In this document: positions 23,001 through 33,365 of the stretch, in pieces
Numbering within the stretch: position 1 is the first letter of the stretch
How the letters are laid out: the number at the start of each line of letters is the position of its first letter
Assembly (NCBI GenBank): GCA_052279835.1
Contig: CP181291.1
Coordinates: 1,568,001 to 1,632,000, forward strand
Source: Microcoleus sp.
Lineage (GTDB): Bacteria; Cyanobacteriota; Cyanobacteriia; Cyanobacteriales; Microcoleaceae
Reading direction: 5' to 3'
Length of the DNA stretch: 64,000 bases
Notes under the pieces: generated by a model
Database searches by the model: none
What the model was told of the DNA's origin: nothing
The model's input: the letters and a program-made list of their open reading frames with translations, nothing else
Translations under genes and position numbers: made by a program

Positions 23001-23320
23001 TTAATCAGTTATTGAAAATATCGGAACCGCAATTTGTTGCAGAATTATCAGCGATTGATATTGGTGCGATGGATAATGTGAATGTGATTGCTCAAAGAAT
23101 CAAGGATTGGTGCGAAAGTCGGGCTCAAATTGAAGAGAATTTGGAGAATGAAATTTATCATTCGGGTGCGGGCGGGACTGATAGTGATGCGCCGGAGGAA
23201 GTGGTGAGGGAGTTTTATGAGACGTTGAAAAAAAATAAGATTCGATTGGGTTTGTCTAGGGATTCTGTGGTGCCTGAGACTGATACTTTGGGCACGGAAT
23301 CGATTGATAATCCAACATAA
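20020..23320 (+). CDS. TPR-CHAT (caspase-like) protease, split by a +1 frameshift at ~21001
   Basis: Many SLGNLG TPRs continuing across the break (removing one T restores EASSLGNLG); CHAT dyad VHLSAHG and VVLSACSTG; WAAFTLIG end of domain. Confidence 0.85.
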
Positions 23321-23324
23321 ATCC

Positions 23325-23632
23325 CGTAGGGGCGGGTTCACCAACAATATATAACGATGATAAACAATCTAAATAAACCCGCCCCCACCCCACCAATAAC
23401 CCACATCAATGAAATTTGTATTTAATTTAATGTATATTTGGATTGTTTGTTGGGGTTGGGCGGGTTTTAGAGATTGTTTGTTTCAGGCGATTATGGTTGG
23501 CGAACCCGCCCCCTACAATATCAATGAAATTTGTATTTAATTTAATGTACATTTGGATTTTTTGTTGGGGTTGGGCGGGTTTTAGAGATTGTTTGTTTCA
23601 GGCGATTATGGTTGGTGAACCCGCCCCTACAA
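23325..23632. repeat. REP-like GTAGGGGCGGG/CCCGCCCCTAC elements with a ~114-bp tandem duplication
   Basis: 23406-23519 nearly repeated at 23520-23632. Confidence 0.7.
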
Positions 23633-23680
23633 GAATTTGGTTTATTTGACCGGATATAATATCAGTATATTCCACAAGGT

Positions 23681-25138
23681 TTGATTATGCAGGAACCACA
23701 GCAAATTAAAAATCCCAGCATTACCCTCTATCCTTTCCACCTGCGGGATGATAGCGATGAAGGCTATGACGCAGTAGCCAAAAATGCTCAATCCCTATGG
23801 GAAAATCTAGCAGATAATGTCGGCACACAATTTAACAGCAACGAACTAAAATCTCTCAGAGAAAAGCTGATTTGTTACAAAGACAAACAGTATTATCCCC
23901 AAGGCGAACAGGAAAAACCCAATAATCGCAAATTGCTGATTCCCGATGGCAAAACTCTGAAGTTCCAGCCAATAACTCAGCCAGATAATCCCAAAATTTA
24001 TGGCTCAATCTATGCGCGGCGAATTCAGGATACTTACACCGCAGAGTTAACATTTTACTATCAAAATGCCACAATTAAAGTATCTGAATTAAATCAATTA
24101 AATCCCCAAGGTTGTTTGTTGCCAAACGCAATTCAACCGTCGCTGGGACAAACTTTATTGTTATACGCCGCACCAGCAGTTTATTATACTTACCGTCAGC
24201 TAGCTGACGAATCCGTTACAGCTTTTGTCCGCAATCAACAGCAAGCATCACCAAAGTTTCGCGCGGAAGGGATATTATTCGGGAGTCCGATTTTTGAGTA
24301 TGACAGCCCCGAAGATGATGCGTCTAAACGGTGTCACATTCTAGTATGGTTGGAAGATGATCCCGAAACTTTGAAATCGGTAACTTCAACGTTTAATTAT
24401 TATTTGACAAACTTATTATGTTATCGTGCAAAAATTGTATTTGTGTATCGCGAAGCTCGGAAAGAGTATCACACAGCACAGCAGATTGTTGGCGAGTTAG
24501 AAAAGAAGCTTCCTGAATTCAGTGAAATTGAAAGGGAACAAGATAGACAAGTTAAGTTGCAGAAGTTGAAGGATTTGCTGGCTGAAGTTCGGACTAAAAT
24601 GTTGGCTTGTGCTCAGCAGGTGCGGTATTTGCAGGAAGGTAGAAATACCATTGATACTAATGCTGAAAATTATGGCGAGAGTTTGACCAGAATTAGAAGT
24701 TTGTGCATCGAAGGCGATAATCTGGATTTTTGGCAGAAGTTTCTAGATTTGGCTGAGGGTAAGTATCAGCGGCAAATTGAAATTGATTTGAATTATCTGA
24801 TTGCTAGTCAAGATTTGTTCCAGCAGTCGATATCGACTGTGCGGGGAATGGTGGAGATTGAACAGGTGGAATTCGATCGCGAACAAGAAGACAATGAGAA
24901 AAAGCGCGATCGCCAACTTGAAAATATCATATTTTTTGTCGGAACTGCGATCGGCGGCGGACAAATCTTTTCCGCAGCCTATCCTCTCATCAAGGATACA
25001 CCGATTCGCTGGCAACCCGATTTTTCTCTCCCGCTGCATCCCTTTGCTGCGACAATTTTGTGGAGTCTGCTGTTTGGCTTAGTATTTGGCTTGTTAATGC
25101 TGGGTGTCGCCGTGTTGATTAGGAAAATATTTAGATAA
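23681..25138 (+). CDS. Hypothetical protein: globular N-terminus, coiled coil, two C-terminal TM helices
   Basis: 485 aa ORF; heptad-rich middle; hydrophobic segments near the C-terminus. Confidence 0.75.
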   Translation: MIMQEPQQIKNPSITLYPFHLRDDSDEGYDAVAKNAQSLWENLADNVGTQFNSNELKSLREKLICYKDKQYYPQGEQEKPNNRKLLIPDGKTLKFQPITQPDNPKIYGSIYARRIQDTYTAELTFYYQNATIKVSELNQLNPQGCLLPNAIQPSLGQTLLLYAAPAVYYTYRQLADESVTAFVRNQQQASPKFRAEGILFGSPIFEYDSPEDDASKRCHILVWLEDDPETLKSVTSTFNYYLTNLLCYRAKIVFVYREARKEYHTAQQIVGELEKKLPEFSEIEREQDRQVKLQKLKDLLAEVRTKMLACAQQVRYLQEGRNTIDTNAENYGESLTRIRSLCIEGDNLDFWQKFLDLAEGKYQRQIEIDLNYLIASQDLFQQSISTVRGMVEIEQVEFDREQEDNEKKRDRQLENIIFFVGTAIGGGQIFSAAYPLIKDTPIRWQPDFSLPLHPFAATILWSLLFGLVFGLLMLGVAVLIRKIFR

Positions 25139-25167
25139 TTTGGATTTAGGACTTACGCATACAATCA

Positions 25168-25317
25168 TAGAAACCGGGTTTTTTGCCAGATAACCGACTG
25201 TATCGATATTCTTGGTAAAAACCCGGTTTCTGGGGCCACGCATCACAGCTAAAGAAACCGGGTTTTTCGGAGTTTTTGGGTGGTGTAACAATACTCTCGG
25301 AAAAAACCCGGTTTCTG
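25168..25317. repeat. REP-like AGAAACCGGGTTT palindrome pairs
   Basis: Two inverted pairs between convergent genes. Confidence 0.7.
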
Positions 25318-25326
25318 GCCTATAAA

Positions 25327-26112
25327 TTACAAATACCGAGTTAATTGGACTCGATAGCGTTCCTTCTTGGTAACAGCAACTTCTCCTATTTCCAATCTTC
25401 CCTTGCCGCTAACAGCGATTAAATCTCCAGACTTGACATTATAACTAGCTTGAGTGATGTCTTTCCAATTAACTCGCACGTCGCCACTGTCAATTAAATC
25501 CACCATTTTGCTGCGAGACATGGCGAATCCCGCCGAAGCCACAGCATCCAATCTCATGGAGGCTTCAACTGTGGTCATTTCTTTCTTTTTCGGTTCCCTA
25601 ATTTTGAGTTCACTCAATTCAATGCGCCGAGTTTTGACTGGAACCGATCGCACTTGTTGCAAACTCATCTCCAAATACTCTACCATCTCTGGCATCACGA
25701 TCGCCTGGGCCCCACGTTCCCCCAACACAATCACATCACCCGTTTTCTCCCGCACAATTCCCGTGCCCAACATCGCCCCCAAAAAGTCGCGGTGAGAAGC
25801 TGTATCGAACAGAAAATTACCGGCGATTTCTACCGCAGCAATATTAACACTAGCAGAGTCGATCGCAATTTCCGATCGCGCGATCGCAATTCTTTGTCTT
25901 TCAGCTTGCGGATAGCCGCCCCAAGCCACCAACTCCACATCACTCAAACGCTTAAATACAATCTTAGCTTCCGCCAATTCTGGAGGCGACATAAAATCAG
26001 TCTGAGTAACCTCCCAAGTTTTAATAGCTTGTTCGGCGCAGTCAATGACTCGCGCCACCGATTCGCGATTTTCAATCCCTTTTAACAGTTCTTCTCTTTG
26101 CAAACTTGCCAT
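25327..26112 (-). CDS. Photosystem II S4-domain protein (YlmH/Sll1252 family)
   Basis: WGGYPQAERQR, HRDFLGA, C-terminal S4 RLDAVAS...SRSK. Confidence 0.88.
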   Translation of the reverse strand: MASLQREELLKGIENRESVARVIDCAEQAIKTWEVTQTDFMSPPELAEAKIVFKRLSDVELVAWGGYPQAERQRIAIARSEIAIDSASVNIAAVEIAGNFLFDTASHRDFLGAMLGTGIVREKTGDVIVLGERGAQAIVMPEMVEYLEMSLQQVRSVPVKTRRIELSELKIREPKKKEMTTVEASMRLDAVASAGFAMSRSKMVDLIDSGDVRVNWKDITQASYNVKSGDLIAVSGKGRLEIGEVAVTKKERYRVQLTRYL

Positions 26113-26353
26113 AATTTACATCACTCTACAAAATATCGCTTAAATCTAAAACAAAACCGGGCAATACATCCTCACCTGACAAAGTTGCAGGGGAATATAT
26201 AATTTCCACATCTCTCTCTGGACGCGAATTTTAAACATTAGAAAGACTAATTAATGCTGACTAATCTTATTGGTTATTAGTTGTTCATTATTAGTAGTTC
26301 CCAACAAATAACAAAGAACAAATAACCAGTAACAACTAACCAGTAACAACTAA

Positions 26354-26860
26354 CTAACTCTCTGTATAACCTTGCATATTTTCCGGTTCAAACTGCCGCA
26401 AAATATTAGCAGCCTTTCCAGTCAAATCATCAGTACCCTTCACCGCAATCAAAAACTTACCCGCATTCAAACGGTTGCGGTAGGGTAAAGCATCGCCGCT
26501 ACCAAAAGCCATACCACCCGCGCCTCCCACAAACACACTACCCATCGCAGCAGCGATCGCACCTAATACCCCACCGATGACATGATCGCCTATTTCTCCC
26601 GCCCAGGCAAAAGTCTTCAACTCAGTGATTAGACTGAAAGTAAAGCCAGCAATAAACCCAAAAGGTATCAACCAAATAGCCATCAGTTTAGCTTGTTTCT
26701 TTGCTTGCTGATTCGGGTCGATCAAACCAAATTCATCCGCAGTTTTGTAGCCGCGGCCCAAAATACTTACCTGTTTCATGGGTAAGCCTTCTTTTTCCAG
26801 AGCACAATAGGCAGCTTCGGCTTGCATTCGATCGGGGAGTACGGCAATAAGATAATTCAT
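26354..26860 (-). CDS. Conserved hypothetical membrane protein
   Basis: MNYLIAVL start, two Gly-rich TM segments, YRNRLNAGKFL. Confidence 0.7.
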   Translation of the reverse strand: MNYLIAVLPDRMQAEAAYCALEKEGLPMKQVSILGRGYKTADEFGLIDPNQQAKKQAKLMAIWLIPFGFIAGFTFSLITELKTFAWAGEIGDHVIGGVLGAIAAAMGSVFVGGAGGMAFGSGDALPYRNRLNAGKFLIAVKGTDDLTGKAANILRQFEPENMQGYTES

Positions 26861-27143
26861 TAAACACAATTCCTGATAGTTCAGCTAAGATAGCTAAAAT
26901 GTATTATAACCCGAAAAGACTTGCTAGCTAAGCAGTTCGGGGATTTGAAGGCGGTTTGAGAGTGCGATCGACCACAAACCTAAAATATTTCAAGCAAAAA
27001 CGACCTGTCTCGACCAAATACATATACAATTCAAACTGCACAAAGCCAAAATAAAGCTCAGCAGTAAGATACTGCTCCCAGTCTTAGCCTCTACTTTGAG
27101 CTCGCTGGGCCTATTTTTACTGAATTCCACTCAATTGCTTGCT

Positions 27144-28727
27144 ATGCCTAAAGTTTTAGTATCCGATCCCATCGACCAAGCCGGAATTGATATCCTCTCT
27201 CAAGTCGCTCAAGTTGATGTCAACACAGGTTTGTCAGCAGCAGAACTGGTAAGAATTATTCCAGATTACGACGCTTTAATGATCCGTTCTGGCACCCAAG
27301 TTACCAAAGAAATCATCGAAGCCGGCAACTTACTCAAAATCATCGGGCGCGCCGGAGTCGGCGTAGACAACGTAGATGTACCCGCCGCCACTCGCAAAGG
27401 AATTGTAGTCGTCAATTCTCCCGAAGGTAACACGATCGCCGCCGCCGAACACGCGATCGCCATGATGCTTTCCATGTCCCGCCACATCCCAGAAGCCAAC
27501 GCATCTGTCAAAAGTGGTAAATGGGAACGCAACCGCTTCATCGGCGTAGAAGTTTACAAAAAAACCCTCGGTATCGTCGGTTTGGGCAAAATCGGCTCCC
27601 ACCTAGCCGCCGCCGCCAAAGCAATGGGCATGAAACTGCTCGCCTACGACCCCTTTATTTCCACCGAAAGAGCCGAACAGTTGGGCTGTCGCTTAGTAGA
27701 ACTAGAACTGCTGATGCGCGAATCTGACTACATCACGCTACACATCCCCAAAACCCCCGAAACCCTGCACCTAATCAACGCAGAAGTGCTGTCGAAAATG
27801 AAGCCCACGGCCCGCATCATTAACTGCGCCAGAGGTGGCATCATCGACGAAGCAGCCCTCGCTGAAGCCATAAAAGAAGGGAAGATTGCCGGCGCTGCGA
27901 TCGACGTTTACGAACACGAGCCCCTGGAAGCTGATTCTCCTCTGCGGAGTGTCGGCCAAAACATCGTGCTGACACCCCACTTGGGCGCATCGACAGCCGA
28001 AGCTCAGGTGAATGTGGCGATCGACGTTGCCGAACAAATCCGTGATGTACTGTTAGGATTACCAGCGCGATCGGCTGTTAACATACCAGGAATTTTCCCA
28101 GATTCGATCGAAAAACTCAAACCATACCTGCAACTCGCCGAAACCCTAGGCAACCTCGTCAGCCAGCTAGCCGGAGGCCGAGTCGATTACCTCAACGTCC
28201 AACTCCAAGGCGAATTAGCAAATAATCAAAGCCAGCCCGTAGTCGTCGCCGCCCTCAAAGGACTCCTCTCCCAAGCCCTCAGAGAGCGCGTTAACTACGT
28301 CAACGCCAGCATCGAAGCCAAAGAACGCGGAATTCGCGTCGTCGAAACCAGAGACGCCTCCATTCGCGACTACACAGGCTCTCTGCACCTGATGGCGAAG
28401 GGAACCCTGGGCGAACACACCGTCACCGGTGCTGTCCTCGGCGAAAACGAAATTCGGATTACCAGCGTGGACGATTTCCCCGTCAACGTTTCCCCGACTC
28501 ACCATATGTTATTTACCTTGCACCGCGATATGCCGGGAATTATTGGCAAAATTGGTTCTCAGTTGGGCAGTTTTAATGTCAATATTGCCAGTATGCAGGT
28601 AGGGCGTAAAATCGTGCGCGGTGACGCGGTGATGGTTCTGAGCCTCGACGATCCTCTGCCAGAGGGGATTTTGGCTGAAATCATCAAAGTTCCAGGAATT
28701 CGGGATGCTTACACGGTAAATCTTTGA
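27144..28727 (+). CDS. serA: D-3-phosphoglycerate dehydrogenase
   Basis: GRAGVGVDNVD, GLGKIG, NCARGG, TPHLGAST, C-terminal ACT domain. Confidence 0.96.
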   Translation: MPKVLVSDPIDQAGIDILSQVAQVDVNTGLSAAELVRIIPDYDALMIRSGTQVTKEIIEAGNLLKIIGRAGVGVDNVDVPAATRKGIVVVNSPEGNTIAAAEHAIAMMLSMSRHIPEANASVKSGKWERNRFIGVEVYKKTLGIVGLGKIGSHLAAAAKAMGMKLLAYDPFISTERAEQLGCRLVELELLMRESDYITLHIPKTPETLHLINAEVLSKMKPTARIINCARGGIIDEAALAEAIKEGKIAGAAIDVYEHEPLEADSPLRSVGQNIVLTPHLGASTAEAQVNVAIDVAEQIRDVLLGLPARSAVNIPGIFPDSIEKLKPYLQLAETLGNLVSQLAGGRVDYLNVQLQGELANNQSQPVVVAALKGLLSQALRERVNYVNASIEAKERGIRVVETRDASIRDYTGSLHLMAKGTLGEHTVTGAVLGENEIRITSVDDFPVNVSPTHHMLFTLHRDMPGIIGKIGSQLGSFNVNIASMQVGRKIVRGDAVMVLSLDDPLPEGILAEIIKVPGIRDAYTVNL

Positions 28728-28773
28728 AATATTTGGGATTTTAGGTTTTGAAATTGGGGGACCGATCCCGCCC

Positions 28774-28970
28774 CATTGGTGTCAACTTAACGTCAAACCC
28801 AGTCAGAGACTGCTGTTTGACTATTAAGCCTAGATCCCCCCTAGCCCCCCTTAAGAAGGGGGGGACAAGAGTCTTCTCAAAGTCCCCCTTCTTAAGGGGG
28901 ATTTAGGGGGATCTAGACTCAGGTAAAAACCAGATTTCTCAGGGCTTTCAGGCTTAAGTTGACACCAATG
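28774..28970. mobile_element. MITE with 17-bp TIRs and 9-bp target duplication
   Basis: CATTGGTGTCAACTTAA...TTAAGTTGACACCAATG flanked by ATCCCGCCC on both sides; internal CCCCCTT..AAGGGGG palindromes. Confidence 0.88.
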
Positions 28971-29064
28971 ATCCCGCCCTTGCTCCCAATCTAAAATCTA
29001 AAATCGCAACTCCTCAGTCTCTCTCCCCCAATCTACAATCTAAAATCTCCAATCTAAAATCCTT

Positions 29065-29955
29065 ATGGCACATAGCTGGTGGGAAATTCGAGTTCTTTGC
29101 GATCCGGCGCTGGAAGATATCATCTTCTGGCGCTTGGAAATGTTCGGCTGTCAGGGAAGTGTCAGCGAGATGAAAAGTAATTCTTGTCTGATGTCGGCTT
29201 ACCTCCCGGAAGAAAAAGCCCGATTGCTGGATTTAGCAGCCTTGTCTCTGTGGTTGCGCCAAGACGCCCTGTGCGCGGGTTTGCCTTTACCAGCGATGCA
29301 GTGGGATTTGATTGAGGAAGAGGATTGGGGCAGCACTTGGAAGCAGCATTGGCAGCCTCAAGAAATTGGCGATCGCTTTTTAGTTTATCCCGCTTGGTTG
29401 CCAATACCAACTAATTCCGATCGCATCATTTTACGTTTAGATCCCGGTGTCGCTTTCGGTACCGGTGCCCACGCCACCACTCAGCTTTGTCTGGAGTCGT
29501 TGGAAATGCGCCTCGGTTTTGATGACAAAGAGTGTATCATTGCCGATATTGGCTGCGGATCGGGTATTTTGTCGATCGGCGCGGTGTTATTAGGCGCTAC
29601 AAAAGTTTATGCTTTGGATACCGATCCTTTGGCAGTGCGATCGACCATTAGCAACAGACAACTCAACCGAGTTAATTCTCAGCAGTTGGTTACAGAACTC
29701 GGTAGTATCGATCGGCTAAAAGAAATGGTAAATGAACCTTTAGATGGTTTCATGTGCAACATTTTAGCAGAAGTAATCATTGATTTAATCCCGCAATTCA
29801 CTGAAATTAGCAAACCAACTACTTGGGGAGTTCTCAGCGGCATTTTACTCGACCAAGCTAAGCCAATTGCTGATACTCTCGAACAGCATGGTTGGATTGT
29901 GGCTACTTTGTGGAAGCGCCAAGATTGGTGTTGTTTTAACATTCGGCGAAGTTAG
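29065..29955 (+). CDS. prmA: Ribosomal protein L11 methyltransferase
   Basis: [29 protein letters not shown]. Confidence 0.93.
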   Translation: MAHSWWEIRVLCDPALEDIIFWRLEMFGCQGSVSEMKSNSCLMSAYLPEEKARLLDLAALSLWLRQDALCAGLPLPAMQWDLIEEEDWGSTWKQHWQPQEIGDRFLVYPAWLPIPTNSDRIILRLDPGVAFGTGAHATTQLCLESLEMRLGFDDKECIIADIGCGSGILSIGAVLLGATKVYALDTDPLAVRSTISNRQLNRVNSQQLVTELGSIDRLKEMVNEPLDGFMCNILAEVIIDLIPQFTEISKPTTWGVLSGILLDQAKPIADTLEQHGWIVATLWKRQDWCCFNIRRS

Positions 29956-30049
29956 CGTTCTTAGATTTGAGAGTTGAGATTTTAGGACAGCATTATGTCT
30001 GTAGAAGCGCTGCTACTATGAAAATATAAACAGCTTTAATAAGAAAGCT

Positions 30050-30205
30050 ATGGACGTTGAAGAACTATATAGGCGTTACGCTGCGGGAGAGAGAGATTTC
30101 CCTGGAGTTGATTTAAGTCATGCTGATTTAAACGTTGGCAACGTGGAAGACATCAAAGAACTCGAATCATATCAAATCGCGATAGAGGATGATTATGAAA
30201 GCTGA
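30050..30205 (+). pseudogene. Truncated pentapeptide-repeat gene (N-terminal stub)
   Basis: MDVEELYRRYAAGERDFPGVDLSHADLNV matches the start of the 34548 gene, then runs out of frame into the next gene. Confidence 0.8.
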
Positions 30206-30767
30206 AGAACTACTCAGACGCTACGCTGCTGGAGAAAGAAACTTTCGTCGGGTTAACCTAGAAGGTGCCAAACTAAGAGGTGCAAATTTGAGTGAGGCTG
30301 ACTTCACTGAGGCTAACTTGATTAGTGCTCGTCTGCAAGAAGCCAATCTCAGACGTACCATATTCAAGTCAGCTAAGTTGCAATTTGCTGACTTGAGCTA
30401 TGCTATTCTCGATGATGCAGATTTATCTCATGCTGGTTTAGAAAGCAACCTAGAATATGCTTCCTTGCAGAGAGCTAACCTCAGCCATGCCAAATTGAGG
30501 GGTTCTATTTTGAACAATGCCAATCTCCAGAATGCCAATCTGAGAAATACTCTTCTTGTTGAAGTTAGCTTGGAACGAGCCAATCTTGAAGAAGCAGACC
30601 TTAGAGATGCGATTATGGCTGAAACTTATCTGGATAAGGCTAATTTAAGAGGATCATTGGTTGAAGGTTGTGATTTAAATGACAGCTATAAAAGAAATAC
30701 GATTATGCCAGATGGTCAAGTTGTCACTGATAAATATTATAACCCTGGTGGGGATGACGATGAATAA
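30195..30767 (+). CDS. Pentapeptide-repeat protein (candidate immunity protein)
   Basis: EELLRRYAAGERNF cap, A(D/N)LxX repeats, TIMPDG end, acidic tail. Confidence 0.9.
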   Translation: MKAEELLRRYAAGERNFRRVNLEGAKLRGANLSEADFTEANLISARLQEANLRRTIFKSAKLQFADLSYAILDDADLSHAGLESNLEYASLQRANLSHAKLRGSILNNANLQNANLRNTLLVEVSLERANLEEADLRDAIMAETYLDKANLRGSLVEGCDLNDSYKRNTIMPDGQVVTDKYYNPGGDDDE

Positions 30768-31024
30768 TTAAATTTCCTAAAATTGGGATTGTATAGATTC
30801 CTCCTTATTACTTAATAATCAGACTGAGGGAAATCGGTGTGAAAGTGCTGGCTGATAAAAAGAATGAAGAGATTGTCAGAGTTATTTGAGCTAGAACAAG
30901 TTATACCAATTCTAAAAAATAGGGAAGATTGCCAATCATCTCTACTTTTTAAAATTGTGTAGGGGCAGTGCCTCTGTAACTGCCCCCTTTGAGATGTTGC
31001 AGGTATTTTCAGAAATGGTCTTCT

Positions 31025-33322
31025 TTACAAAAGAGGGCTGGAGCTATCTGTTTCGATAATCTCTTGAATTTCTTCAGGCACATTTGACAAAAAGTCATAT
31101 CCTGTAAGCTCTTCAAGATAATCAACATTAACGCGCCACTGTTGCCAGTCATTCCAGTTAGTTACACCATTGGGAAGAAATCCGTTAGGATATGATGGAC
31201 TATCTGGCAATCTGTAGTTGGGATCGGGAGTGCTTCGATTGCGTCTATTGGGTGTGATGACAGCAATGACCTGCGTATTGGCAGTGACATCAGCTATTCC
31301 TTGACCGGGTTCTAAGGGAACGATAATTTTCCAAGTGTAGTTAGGTATTCCAATAGTTTTCGGATTGGGAGTCAAAGTCCCATTTAGATCGAGAACAACT
31401 CTGCCCTGAGTATTTGTTGAAATCTTATTGTGGATCTCTCTAAGGTCAGAATGACCTCTAGGTACTGCTGGACTGTAATCAAACCCGCCAGCAATAATGT
31501 AGAGTTCACGGTTATGTTGTCGAACGAGTTCTCGTCTGCTGTAGTTTTCGAGAGCAGCCCACGCAGTACCTCCGCGATTATTGCCTCGATGTTGTGGAAG
31601 TACGTTAGTTGTTAGGAATGTAGAGTAAACATCCTTAGTGGTACGATCGCGGTCTGCTACTGGAGTCATGTGCCCTCTTTCCATCCCGCGATCGTTCAAT
31701 CGGTAATCAGGCCCCTCTGTACGCACCCAGGTACTAGGTAGATCGCTATCTCCAAGCCAGGGATAATCTACTCGCCCCGCTGGATAAGTTCCATTTGGAA
31801 AACCTGCGGGAGGATAATCTGGTGGGGCAGTATTTGGTCCTGGTCTTGTTGTATTACCTAACCAACTTTTGTTAAGTTGCCAACTTACCCAGTTGGGGCC
31901 TTTGGTAGCATCGTTGTATGAAAGCGTGTACTGTGGCTTCTCGATTAGGTAGTTTTCACGGTGAGTAGTTTCAGAAGGCCGGGCAAAGGTGGGATTCCCA
32001 AGTTTGGTAGAAATGCTTTGGAAGAAAACATCATCCAGATAAACAGTGCCGTCAGTTAATTCAAACTTGAGAGTCGCTACCTCGCCTCGCAATTCTTCTG
32101 GTATATCTACGTGGAATGTTTCAAATCCTCTGTCTCCATAACCAATCCTGTAAGTATCGGTGTCGGGATAGCCTACGGGGTAAGCTATTTTAGAAGAACC
32201 TGGATTGACGCGACCATCTGCTGCTCTGAGATCGATCGTACCACCATCAACAGTTTCTAACAGTTGGTATTCATCATTAGGTGCATTGCCTTTGATAGAA
32301 ACTTTGACTTTTCCATTGGTGGTAAGTTCAGGTACGTGAAGATTAAACCGCAGAGTTCCAGACTCAGGCACGACAAAACGGTTGTGGGTAATACTTTTAC
32401 CTGATTCTAGCTTCAGAGCATAATTTGGTAGAGTTCGATCGACCCCAATCCTATCCAGTTCCGCGCGCCAAGCCGGAGCATCCGTTGCAGATAGCTGATT
32501 CACATCAACGAGATTGCTTGTAGTTACACTCGCTGACGTTTCACCATTATGAAAAGACCAACCAGGAATCGCATCAGAAAAAAGAGTCCGATTCAGTCCC
32601 TGCGGATTGAAAACAGCATCAAAATTGCCGTTAAATAGAGTAGGAACCGCAAAATCTCCCCGCATCCTCGCATCATAAGTATTGTCAAAATCAACCGGGA
32701 TACGCTCTACATTTGTTTGGGGACGCAACTCCGAACCGCCGCCCAAAACCGAATAAAACCACCCCGTACCAATTCCCTCCCAAGGAGCCGCATCAACACC
32801 ATGCTCAAAACGCTCTTCCGGTGTATACCAAGGGCTAACGCGAGCGGAACTTGTCAAAACAGTACCGCCAAATGAAAAGTCCTTATCGAACAAAGGTTCG
32901 CGATATCCATCACCGCGCCGGCGGAAAATAGGATTAACATCTAAGTCTTCATCAAAGGGGAAGTTAGTTGGAAAGAGGTCTGATGTTCCTCCATACCAGC
33001 CCAAAACACGTCCGTGTACAGCGCCCCTGCCAGCAATACCAACAGTAGGATCTGTTTCCTTCGTAAACCCAGCACGACTGCTATTGTAATCTGGGTTATT
33101 TTTATTAGTTCCCAGAAAAACCGACAAATCCGGTTCTCCCAACAGCGGAGCAGTAGCATCGGGATTTTCTGACCTCCAACCTTCTCGCGGAAACTGAAGT
33201 CCGGGAGCTGTTTTTCCATCTTCAGTAGACGGAAGATTGGGAATATCCCGACCCGCAGGCGAAACCGTACCGCTTAATAAATTCGGTACTGTCTGATAGT
33301 AATTATCCGCAAAAGTGACATT
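31025..33322 (-). pseudogene. Orphan 5'-truncated copy of the toxin 3' end with intact NucA-type nuclease domain
   Basis: Near-identical to 37512-39809 (offset 6487); no native start; ERGH motif retained. Confidence 0.88.
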
Positions 33323-33365
33323 ATTTAAGCTAAAATCAAACCATTCGCGATCGGGAAAAACAGTT

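Noticed and set aside
19151..25320. Integrative element at tRNA-Leu
   Set aside because: No integrase and no duplicated tRNA 3' end found; recorded only as an accessory region
31025..33142. Independent 705-aa nuclease gene as given by the ORF track
   Set aside because: The TTG start is an internal Leu codon of the duplicated segment; homology continues upstream to 33322
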